Of a stretch of 64,000 nucleotides of DNA, positions 56,552-64,000 are shown piece by piece; within the stretch, counting starts at the first letter, position 1, and every line of letters begins with the position of its first letter. The notes beneath the pieces were generated by a model. It was not told the origin of the DNA. It did not search any database and was given only the letters and a program-made list of their open reading frames with translations. The DNA comes from Bacteroidota bacterium (GTDB taxonomy: Bacteria > Bacteroidota > Bacteroidia > Bacteroidales > FEN-979), in assembly GCA_026391795.1 (NCBI GenBank), contig JAPLDI010000049.1:98594-162593 (forward strand), written 5' to 3'. A program made the translations under genes and the position numbers.

Positions 56552-57811
56552 ATGACGAAATATTCCCTTTTTCTTGTATCTGTTATAGCAGTGATCATGA
56601 CTTCTCTGATTTCGTGCAAAAAAAACAAAACAATACCTGACACTTCACAAACCTTGTTTACGGTAGAGCTTGCAGATAATTTTATAAAGAAAGACCTGTA
56701 TGGATTTATCCTTGTATCTGATCCTCAGGGAAATTACCTGGGGGACACCCTGTGCCAGGCCAATGGAAGATATCCAGTTTTCCTGAAAAGTGCATACCCG
56801 GTCCCGTCACAGGTTGCAATTACGGTCGGGTACGTCGAGATAATTATGCACACGCTGACAGTTCATCTCAATACCTACACGGGGGTTGCGCCTTATGGTG
56901 AGTGGAAGATGAAGGGCAACCGGCCGGATACACTGGGAAATGCAGTAGTATCGCTTACGAACCTGCCTGTTCTTACAGGTCCTGTGATCTATTCAAATTC
57001 AGGATACACGAACATGACATTTAAGACAACGGATAAGGAACAGATGATGTATGTGTCGCCGGATGACCTTTACATAAAGATTATGACACTGACAGGCGAT
57101 AAATTCAAGATTGTTCCGGGGATCACCTTGTCAGGAAACTATTCTGTCGATATGGCCGATGCAGTTGAACCAGCGAATCATACGATTTCATTTCCGATGA
57201 TGGTCCTGGATTATGATATCTCCGTTTCGGGATATAAGGGCGCCAACCTGGAAACGTCAATTCCTTTCCTTACTGACAGGATCATCAGTGACGGGAGTCT
57301 CATCAACAAAGTGGATCTTGACTATCCGCCCTCGGTCTTCACAGGGTTTATTACGGAAATGATGATCCGCGAATCCTATACCTCTGACCTCCAATGGTTC
57401 AACCATGCTGACGGAGATATCCCGGATCAGTTCCTAAAGATTAATGCGGTCATAAATTCTGTCAGCGCCAACTCAGGACAATCCTCAATCAATGCCTCGG
57501 GTACATTTATGATGTTTGTGACCAACTGGCAATATACGGATAAAGACAACACTCTTTTTGACTGGAATATTTTCGGGCCTGAAACTTCCATGGCAATATC
57601 CCTGCCCTCACTTTCGCCAAATCTTCAAAAGTCGCTGCCGACCCTGATGGCGGATTCAATGCAATACACTAGTACTGAACTCCGTTTTTATCCCAATCTT
57701 AAGAATTACCAGGATATCTTGGGGGTGCTCTACGACAAGGATCGTAACCGTCAACCGGGAGATTTTGAGATGCGGTCTGTCAGAAAGAATGCTGTGAGCA
57801 AAAGGTATTAG
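56552..57811 (+). CDS. Hypothetical lipoprotein
   Basis: Start at MTKYSLFLVSVIAVIMTSLISC (lipobox). No family recognised. Confidence 0.55.
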   Translation: MTKYSLFLVSVIAVIMTSLISCKKNKTIPDTSQTLFTVELADNFIKKDLYGFILVSDPQGNYLGDTLCQANGRYPVFLKSAYPVPSQVAITVGYVEIIMHTLTVHLNTYTGVAPYGEWKMKGNRPDTLGNAVVSLTNLPVLTGPVIYSNSGYTNMTFKTTDKEQMMYVSPDDLYIKIMTLTGDKFKIVPGITLSGNYSVDMADAVEPANHTISFPMMVLDYDISVSGYKGANLETSIPFLTDRIISDGSLINKVDLDYPPSVFTGFITEMMIRESYTSDLQWFNHADGDIPDQFLKINAVINSVSANSGQSSINASGTFMMFVTNWQYTDKDNTLFDWNIFGPETSMAISLPSLSPNLQKSLPTLMADSMQYTSTELRFYPNLKNYQDILGVLYDKDRNRQPGDFEMRSVRKNAVSKRY

Positions 57812-57896
57812 TTGTATGAGTTGAGATTCGATTGCCTTAAAGTCATCCCGTTGATAATTGAACAATCTTTCGCCAATTTGCTATCCCGCAACTTTT

Positions 57897-58997
57897 CTAT
57901 TTAATTACCGCTTCAATAACACGGATCGGCGCGACCGTCTGGATAATCTTGTTGAGTCTTAGTCCTGCCTGATCGAAAAGAGATTCAAACTCCTTTCGCG
58001 TACGTTCTTTCCCATGTTCCATGAAGAGCATCATCTGGAGATCGATGAGTTTCCCGAATGAGGAATGATTTTTTTCATCGATTACCATCTCGAGGATCAG
58101 GATTTTTCCCCGGGCGGGGAGGACCTCAACAATATTCTTAAGGATTTTCAGGCATTCTTCATCGCTCCAATTGTGCAGGATGTTTTTAAGGATGTATGCA
58201 TCTGCTCCTGCAGGAGCTGTATCAAAAAAAGTACCTTCCATTACCTTGACTCGGTTGGCTACACCGTATTTGTTGAGGATTATTCCGGAACGGGTCAATC
58301 CTTCCGGCAGATCGAAGAGGATACCGCTCGAGCTTTTGTGCTGGTAAAGGATACTTGACAGGAGCAACCCTTCTCCGCCGCCGATATCTGCTATCACAGG
58401 ATAGTTGCTGAAGTCCATAGCACTGAGAACAGGTTCAATGGATATCTCTGACAGATTGGTCATTGACCGGTCGAACAGCTCGGATTCATGGGGATGCCCA
58501 GAAAGATAATCATAGATTTTCTGCCCGTAAACCATAGAGAAAGCAGATTTTCCGGTTTTAATCGTATGGGGGAACTCGCTGAACAGGTTCCAGTTCAGGC
58601 TTCCCAGGTGCTGCATCATTGCGAATCGGAGCGATCCTTTGCCATCGGATAGAACTCTTGAGAGGGATGTGTTTTTGTATTGTCCGGTTTTGTTTTTTTT
58701 GAAGATGCCTTCACTCGATAGGGCGCGCATCATCCGGGACAACGATCCGGGATTTGAATCTGTCCGTACAGCAAGTTGTTCAATCGTCATCGGTTCTTTC
58801 TCCAGGATGCCGGCAATATCCAGCTCTGCCGCTACGCGGATTGCGGGAAGGATCCAGAAAGCCGTGAAACGCTCATACATCACGACATTGGCTGGAAATG
58901 ATCTGCTATAAAGACGGAAAAGCCCGGAACGGAATGCATTGAGGGCTCTGATGAATCTGATGGGAGGAAGTTTCCGGATGACAATTGAATCGGCCAT
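57897..58997 (-). CDS. Class I SAM-dependent O-methyltransferase (methyltransferase-2 family with N-terminal dimerisation/wHTH domain)
   Basis: SAM motif VADIGGGEGLL. Motif YILKNILHNWSDEECLKILKN. Confidence 0.8.
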   Translation of the reverse strand: MADSIVIRKLPPIRFIRALNAFRSGLFRLYSRSFPANVVMYERFTAFWILPAIRVAAELDIAGILEKEPMTIEQLAVRTDSNPGSLSRMMRALSSEGIFKKNKTGQYKNTSLSRVLSDGKGSLRFAMMQHLGSLNWNLFSEFPHTIKTGKSAFSMVYGQKIYDYLSGHPHESELFDRSMTNLSEISIEPVLSAMDFSNYPVIADIGGGEGLLLSSILYQHKSSSGILFDLPEGLTRSGIILNKYGVANRVKVMEGTFFDTAPAGADAYILKNILHNWSDEECLKILKNIVEVLPARGKILILEMVIDEKNHSSFGKLIDLQMMLFMEHGKERTRKEFESLFDQAGLRLNKIIQTVAPIRVIEAVIK

Positions 58998-59039
58998 TGT
59001 GCAATATTTGTACTGCGAAAGTACGAATTACACCGGATA

Positions 59040-59717
59040 TTATTTAGTCCCGACGAAGCTGATGGAAGTGATGGGGTGAATCTCCCAGCAGGTATAGGAT
59101 TTCATTTTTTCATTGACAGAATTCTGTTTTCCCCTTGGCGGTGTATTTACATGGAAGGCGTCGAAAAAAAGTTGTCCCGTAATCTTAACATAGGGAGAAG
59201 TATGATTTTTATTGCCAAAACAGACTTTCTTCCTGCCTTTCAAAATGAAGTGATCAAAAAAATCGCGCACCTTCCTGCAGGAATCCTGGAGGGTAACGTT
59301 CCCTTTTATAAAAGGCGGGTAAGCAGCTTCGACGACCAGGCAGGAATCCGCCCATTCGGATGTGGTCCGGATCTGGATATGATAATCGGCATCTGCTCCT
59401 TTCGAATCCTTTTCCAGGGCTGCCAGAAGGATGTATCCTGATGTTATTACAATATCCCCCTCCTTCAGATGATGGGTTCCGATAACCTCGGAAAACCGCT
59501 GATCCTGGTATTCTTCCTGTTCTTCTTTCGTGTACGAAAGAATGGGGGAGCGAAGCCCCATTAATTCCGCAAGACTCACCTCTTTCACAGGAAGGAAATG
59601 GGTAACACTTGTCTTTACCGGCCACCGCTCTTTCCCCGGAGAAAACCCTTGTCCGCAAAGAAAACCGGCAACTGGAAGAAAGAATGTAAGTAACAGAATC
59701 AATTTTGTCTTCATCAA
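59040..59717 (-). CDS. Secreted hypothetical protein
   Basis: Signal peptide present. Motifs ERWPVKT, DADYHIQI and CWEIHPI. No family name I can support. Confidence 0.5.
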   Translation of the reverse strand: MMKTKLILLLTFFLPVAGFLCGQGFSPGKERWPVKTSVTHFLPVKEVSLAELMGLRSPILSYTKEEQEEYQDQRFSEVIGTHHLKEGDIVITSGYILLAALEKDSKGADADYHIQIRTTSEWADSCLVVEAAYPPFIKGNVTLQDSCRKVRDFFDHFILKGRKKVCFGNKNHTSPYVKITGQLFFDAFHVNTPPRGKQNSVNEKMKSYTCWEIHPITSISFVGTK

Positions 59718-59767
59718 ATCCTGGTTATCGCGGTTGAAAACAATCTGTTTACAGAGAACAGGAAGGA

Positions 59768-59802
59768 GGTATTGGGTAATGGGTATTAGGTATTATGTAT
59801 TG
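59768..59802. repeat. Tandem heptamers, GGTATTG family (5 units)
   Basis: ggtattg ggtaatg ggtatta ggtatta tgtattg. Confidence 0.85.
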
Positions 59803-59823
59803 AATCCTTGATAGAGGTCCTCG

Positions 59824-59855
59824 CCAGTTCACCAGTTCATCAAATCATCAGCTCA
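59824..59855. repeat. Four 8-mers of the TTCACCAG family abutting the stop codon at 59856
   Basis: ccagttca ccagttca tcaaatca tcagctca, followed by tta. Confidence 0.8.
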
Positions 59856-60071
59856 TTAACAATGGCGATACTTTTTCCACATGTCTTTGATCCAGTGAAA
59901 CAGGAGAGGGGGGAAGTAAAGAACAGAAAGAATCAAAGAAAGGAGGGCAAGGATAGCCAGAACCATGATCTGGCCATCACTGGGACCGCCCGTCCCGGCG
60001 AATGCTTGTCCGCATAAAAGAAGAAAGGCTATCAGGATTGATCCGGATAGAAACATCCATTTTGTCCTCAT
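59856..60071 (-). CDS. Small (71 aa) two-helix membrane protein, hypothetical
   Basis: Two hydrophobic segments. It has its own TAnnTTTG box 20 nt upstream and is flanked by matching repeat modules. Confidence 0.4.
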   Translation of the reverse strand: MRTKWMFLSGSILIAFLLLCGQAFAGTGGPSDGQIMVLAILALLSLILSVLYFPPLLFHWIKDMWKKYRHC

Positions 60072-60091
60072 GGCATCTAAATTTAAAGGAT

Positions 60092-60099
60092 CAAATATA
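60092..60099 (-). promoter_or_regulatory. -7 box TATATTTG upstream of the 71-aa ORF
   Basis: The reverse strand reads TATATTTG, 20 nt before the ATG at 60071. Confidence 0.45.
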
Positions 60100-60137
60100 A
60101 TTCATTTTCCTGAATAAGGCAATAGCAGCAAGGAGTT

Positions 60138-60172
60138 GGGAAATGGTATTGGGTATTGGATGTTGGATGCTG
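60138..60172. repeat. Tandem heptamers, GGTATTG / TTGGATG families (5 units)
   Basis: ggaaatg ggtattg ggtattg gatgttg gatgctg. The last two units are the reverse complement of the CATCCA(G/A) unit. Confidence 0.85.
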
Positions 60173-60175
60173 TTA

Positions 60176-60207
60176 CTCACCAGGTCACCAGTTCACCAGT
60201 TCACAAG
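60176..60207. repeat. Four 8-mers of the TTCACCAG family abutting the TonB-dependent receptor stop codon
   Basis: ctcaccag gtcaccag ttcaccag ttcacaag, followed by tta. Confidence 0.9.
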
Positions 60208-62643
60208 TTAAAACTGTATCCTCCAGGTTGCCATTGGAAAGAAACCCATATTGAAGAAATTACGGATCTCCCCGGTCTGCGGATCAATGCGCTGAAGATA
60301 AACATTTGTATAGTTTGTACGGTACTGAAGGTCGAGCATAAATTCAAGGTTATACCCGGGAAGATTCCTTTTGATCCCGAACCGGAGGGAGATCCGTTTA
60401 TAATCCGGGTACCGCACCTGGTAGGCCTGCTGCCAGTCAGGAACCGGTTCCCCGGTTGCAACGGAGGCATTCACATCAAAAGGAATATAGGGGTTTCCAC
60501 CAGCCCAGGTTGCCCTTAATCCAAACGACATCACTCCCCATTTCCGTTTTCCCATGACGAATTCATAACCGCCAACGGCATTGAATGCATAATTCACATT
60601 GAATGCGGAATTTCGTGGTACATTATCATAACCGTGATAGGTGGAGCTGAAAAGAGAGGAGGTCAGCAGGAAATAATAATTTTTATTCAGGAACCGCTCA
60701 AAGGTAAATTCCAGTCCATAATTGTCGCCAATGCCCAGGTTTAACAGGCTGTCGGCATATTGACGGTCGAGGAAGAATTCATGACCCTGGTTGCTCAGGG
60801 CATATTCCGGAATGGACCGCTTAACCGGGATGTCGTAAAGGTGCTGGTAATAGAGTTCCGTTTTAAAATGAAGGTTCTCATTCAGCAGGTAATTATAATC
60901 CACTGCCACCTGCCAGCAACGGGAGAAATCAAGGTTGCGGTTCGTCTGCTGTATAGTGCCATCCGGCAGATGGGAAAGGATGAAGTAAATGACCCTGGGC
61001 TGCATCTGACTGTACATTCCTGCCCCGAAGTGGACGATATGTTCCTTCCGGATGATCCATTCAAGACCGGCTCGCGGTTCGACGGCCCACGTAGAATTCA
61101 TAAACAGCCGGGATCCGAACAATCCTGTTGTGGTCCTGAATTTCTCGGAGAAACGGTGCTGCCATTGTGCATATCCCCTGAGAAAAAACATGGTCTCATG
61201 GGACCCTGTATTTACCATGAAGGTTCCTTTATTCATGACGCTGTCGGCGTAGTCCAGCCAGAAATAATCCGCAATCATTCCCGTTTCCAGTAGATTCTGT
61301 ACCGTGAACTTTTTGTATAAACCAAAGGAATAGGAAAGTTTTTTTTCAGTTGATCGTTCCCCGGCCCAGGGTGATGGTGTTTGTGCAACATACGAAAATG
61401 AATCGATCTTCGTATAGACCTGGGAAGCGACAAAGTACATCTGATTTTTCAGTCGCAGTGAGGGGTCTGTAAACAGCTGGTTGGTGATGCCGATGGCCCC
61501 GAGGTTGGATCCGTTGGAAAGGTCTTCACCGTAATCCGGAAACATCCATCTCGAAGGATCCTTCTTGCTGTCAAAGATCTGGATATAACTTAATCCCCCG
61601 ATGCCTTCAATCGCAAAGATACCTGCTTTCCGGGCCGGAATCGTTATCTTGAAATTCAGATCCTGGTAATAGGGAACCAGATTGAGTTTTATCCCGGCCC
61701 GTTTGAGGAGATCCAGCAGGGAATATCGGTAAGAGAAAATATAGGAGGCTTTCGATTTTTTTGAAAACGGGCCTTCCGTTCCGAATTCAATTCCGTTCCA
61801 GCCGATCCCGAACCAGTATTCATGTTTTTCAGTATTGCCGGTGCGCATCCGCATGTCGAAGACCCCCGAAAGTGCATTTCCAAAGCTGGCAGGATAGGCC
61901 CCAGTATAAAAGTCGGAATTGGTCAGAAGGTTGTTGTTAAGGATGGTTACAGGTCCTCCGGTAGTTCCAACTGCAGCAAAATGGTTTGGATTCGGGATCT
62001 CCATGCCGTCGATCTGCCACTGCAACCCTAACGGGGAATTTCCCCTGACAATGATGTCGTTGCGGTTGTCTATGCCGGAAGTGACGCCGGCATAATTTGC
62101 AGCCATCCTTGCCGGGTCGTTGTATGTGCCTGCAAACCTTGATGTTTCATCAACGGTGAAGGAACGGACGCTCACCGTTGCCATCTTGTTGATGGCTTCA
62201 TATTTCCGGTAATCGCTGATGATCTCCGTTTCAGTACCGGTGATCATCGTCTCTTCAAGGGAGATCAACACGGATGTCTCCTTTCCGCTGCTCACAGTGA
62301 GCTCGTCCGTGATAAACGGAGTGTATCCGATATATGTCACCTTTAGTCTTCTTTTTCCAATGGGGATACCTGTCAGTTTGAAATTCCCGTCAGGTCCTGA
62401 AGTTGTGCCGACCAGGGGATCTGAATCAAGGACGATAACAGCAGCTCCCGCAAGCGGCACCTGTGTTGACCGGTCGGTAATCGTGCCACGGATGGTGGAA
62501 TGCAGGATGGGTTGTGAAAAGAGGATAACCGGCAGGCCTGCAAAGGTGAAGAGAATGAGTGTCAGTATCGTTTTTCCGGATAATGCCTTTGGCGCTATTC
62601 TTCCATTAAAAAATCGACTTCTTCCCGGCTCAGGCGTTTCCAT
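60208..62643 (-). CDS. TonB-dependent receptor-like outer-membrane protein with N-terminal carboxypeptidase-regulatory-like domain
   Basis: CarbopepD_reg-like segment IRGTITDRSTQVPLAGAAVIVLD...PDGNFKL. A plug region and a long beta-barrel follow, ending in ATWRIQF. Confidence 0.8.
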   Translation of the reverse strand: METPEPGRSRFFNGRIAPKALSGKTILTLILFTFAGLPVILFSQPILHSTIRGTITDRSTQVPLAGAAVIVLDSDPLVGTTSGPDGNFKLTGIPIGKRRLKVTYIGYTPFITDELTVSSGKETSVLISLEETMITGTETEIISDYRKYEAINKMATVSVRSFTVDETSRFAGTYNDPARMAANYAGVTSGIDNRNDIIVRGNSPLGLQWQIDGMEIPNPNHFAAVGTTGGPVTILNNNLLTNSDFYTGAYPASFGNALSGVFDMRMRTGNTEKHEYWFGIGWNGIEFGTEGPFSKKSKASYIFSYRYSLLDLLKRAGIKLNLVPYYQDLNFKITIPARKAGIFAIEGIGGLSYIQIFDSKKDPSRWMFPDYGEDLSNGSNLGAIGITNQLFTDPSLRLKNQMYFVASQVYTKIDSFSYVAQTPSPWAGERSTEKKLSYSFGLYKKFTVQNLLETGMIADYFWLDYADSVMNKGTFMVNTGSHETMFFLRGYAQWQHRFSEKFRTTTGLFGSRLFMNSTWAVEPRAGLEWIIRKEHIVHFGAGMYSQMQPRVIYFILSHLPDGTIQQTNRNLDFSRCWQVAVDYNYLLNENLHFKTELYYQHLYDIPVKRSIPEYALSNQGHEFFLDRQYADSLLNLGIGDNYGLEFTFERFLNKNYYFLLTSSLFSSTYHGYDNVPRNSAFNVNYAFNAVGGYEFVMGKRKWGVMSFGLRATWAGGNPYIPFDVNASVATGEPVPDWQQAYQVRYPDYKRISLRFGIKRNLPGYNLEFMLDLQYRTNYTNVYLQRIDPQTGEIRNFFNMGFFPMATWRIQF

Positions 62644-62981
62644 TGAGGATGATCATATTTTGTTCCGTCCCAGTCAAAAGATACGAGGTCAAAAGTCTCC
62701 CCGTAGAAACTGAGTTTGCTTTTAAGGTCAGGAGTATGTTCAACAAAGATAAAATTTTCCGGAATTTCTCCAACTTCTGACAAGATCTGGCTGGCGAGCG
62801 GGGCGCACCATTCTGTTACAGGTGTTCCAGGATTTTGCCGGTAAATCTCAGTAACAATGGCGAGCACTTTTCCGTCTTTTCGGTTCACGATCTTCAATCC
62901 ACACTTCGATGGACTTTCCCATTGTCCATTGTAATCGAAATAGCGATCCATGTATTGGTTGAATTCCGTTTTGATTTCCAT
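62595..62981 (-). CDS. Hypothetical cytoplasmic protein (128 aa)
   Basis: Clean ORF between the radical SAM gene and the receptor. No family recognised. Confidence 0.45.
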   Translation of the reverse strand: MEIKTEFNQYMDRYFDYNGQWESPSKCGLKIVNRKDGKVLAIVTEIYRQNPGTPVTEWCAPLASQILSEVGEIPENFIFVEHTPDLKSKLSFYGETFDLVSFDWDGTKYDHPQWKRLSREEVDFLMEE

Positions 62982-63030
62982 GTGCGGTTGTTGAGCAACT
63001 GACTTAGTAAATTGGAGTTAGGGGTGTTTA

Positions 63031-64000
63031 TTATTCTGTGGTGCTGACTTGTTTTCCGAAACTCTGGTTCAGGAGGTCGCGGCGACGGGGTGTGTAAGTT
63101 CCATCCTCCTGTTCCCGCTGAATAACAGTAGCAAGGAGATTGAACATTTTCTGTGTTTGAGGTTCATCCTTGTAGAAAGTGTCCCAGGCGTAATGGTACA
63201 ATTCCTGCAGCCGTTCGGCTGTCATGTGTTTCGGATGATAAACCACCCTCCCTGCATTGTAATGGTCCCAGTCGTGATCAAAAATCCTGTTCTGTTTTAA
63301 AAGATCGCTGTATGCCTTTGTATGCGGAAAAGGAGCAAGTACGGTGAATTCAGCCAGGTCGAGGTCGATTTCAAGAAGAAAATCGATCAGCCTTTTGATG
63401 TCGTCTTCCGTCTGGTTGTCGAGTCCGAGAAGAATGGTTCCTTCAACAGCGATTCCATAATCGTGGTACTGTTTGATCCGGTTACGGATATAATCTGACC
63501 GATCGAATACGGCCTGGTAAACATACCATGCTCCGGCCTGTGCTGCTAAGTCGAGAACATCATCTTTATCCTCGATGGTATGGCTTACCCATTTTTTCTT
63601 TAGTGGGATCATGGCTTTGAAAAGCTCTTTTTCCCACTTGGTATCCAGTGCCAATGAGTTATCAACGATGAAAAGACGGTTGTTTTCCATTTGTGAAAGT
63701 TCTTCCACCACGCGTTCAATGGGACGGGGTCTGAATCCCCGGCCTCCAAGGTACCGTACTGCACAGGGATAGCAATCGTAAACGCATCCTCGTGATGCAT
63801 GGAACAGGTCGACCATCCGGAAACCCTTGTGGAAATAAAGATCCTTTTTCAGGATATCACGCCGGGCAGGACCTACAAGGTTCAGGTCGGGCGGGTTGGT
63901 AAGGAAATTATAAACTTTCTTCAGTTCGTTCTTCCGGAAGTCTTCAAAGACAGCGGCCAGTCTTCCTTCTACTTCTCCAAGGAAAACGGAATCTGCATGC
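63031..64000 (-). CDS. B12-binding-domain radical SAM protein (C-terminal ~320 aa; gene continues beyond the window end)
   Basis: ASRGCVYDCYPC (CxxxCxxC). The frame stays open upstream of the tracked ATG to base 64000 (...ADSVFLGEVEGRLAAVFEDFRKNELKKVYNF...), which is typical of the B12-binding/radical SAM junction. Confidence 0.8.
   Translation of the reverse strand, partial: HADSVFLGEVEGRLAAVFEDFRKNELKKVYNFLTNPPDLNLVGPARRDILKKDLYFHKGFRMVDLFHASRGCVYDCYPCAVRYLGGRGFRPRPIERVVEELSQMENNRLFIVDNSLALDTKWEKELFKAMIPLKKKWVSHTIEDKDDVLDLAAQAGAWYVYQAVFDRSDYIRNRIKQYHDYGIAVEGTILLGLDNQTEDDIKRLIDFLLEIDLDLAEFTVLAPFPHTKAYSDLLKQNRIFDHDWDHYNAGRVVYHPKHMTAERLQELYHYAWDTFYKDEPQTQKMFNLLATVIQREQEDGTYTPRRRDLLNQSFGKQVSTTE

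Overview
The window looks like a chromosomal segment of a Bacteroidota genome. Three secreted proteins end in T9SS-type C-terminal sorting domains. Many genes are preceded by the Bacteroidetes -7 promoter motif TAnnTTTG, and Shine-Dalgarno sites are largely absent. It is densely coding, with about 62 CDS and mostly short or overlapping gene junctions. I recognised no rRNA, tRNA, CRISPR array, transposase or integrase.

Main blocks:
- 1-3529 (-): a heterodisulfide-reductase-like cluster (HdrC/HdrB/HdrA-like, a small HdrC-like ferredoxin, and a membrane subunit cut by the window edge).
- 9253-18360 (-): an aerobic respiratory cluster. Gene order is Tat-FeS protein, NrfD-like membrane protein, monoheme cytochrome c, DoxX, SCO, cox I, III, IV, II(c), then heme O synthase.
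- Housekeeping genes: ffh, folD, queE, thrS-infC-rpmI-rplT, ndk, nrnA, two FKBP genes, uvrB, and mutL followed by two rhomboids and an EEP protein.
- 50206-56395 (-): a tight operon that looks like a small uncharacterised biosynthetic cluster (adenylating enzyme, ACP, BtrH-like acyltransferase, sulfotransferase, OM beta-barrel, HTH-like protein, ABC-2 permease).
- 60208-64000 (-): radical-SAM gene, unknown gene, TonB-dependent receptor.

The most unusual signal is non-coding. At least ten intergenic spacers are built from short tandem repeats of period 7, 8 or 9. The same unit families recur (AATTACG, TTCACCAG, GGTATTG, CATCCAG, GATAATT, TTCATAAAG). Their order is stereotyped: stop codon, 8-mer block, 7-mer block, next start codon.

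Other oddities:
- a G10 tract inside the cytochrome c gene;
- an infC that needs a non-AUG start;
- a frame-disrupted lipoprotein gene next to an ~880-bp AT-rich, palindrome-rich gene desert;
- a 218-bp convergent overlap between an HTH gene and ndk.

All functional calls rest on motifs I read in the translations. No database search was possible.
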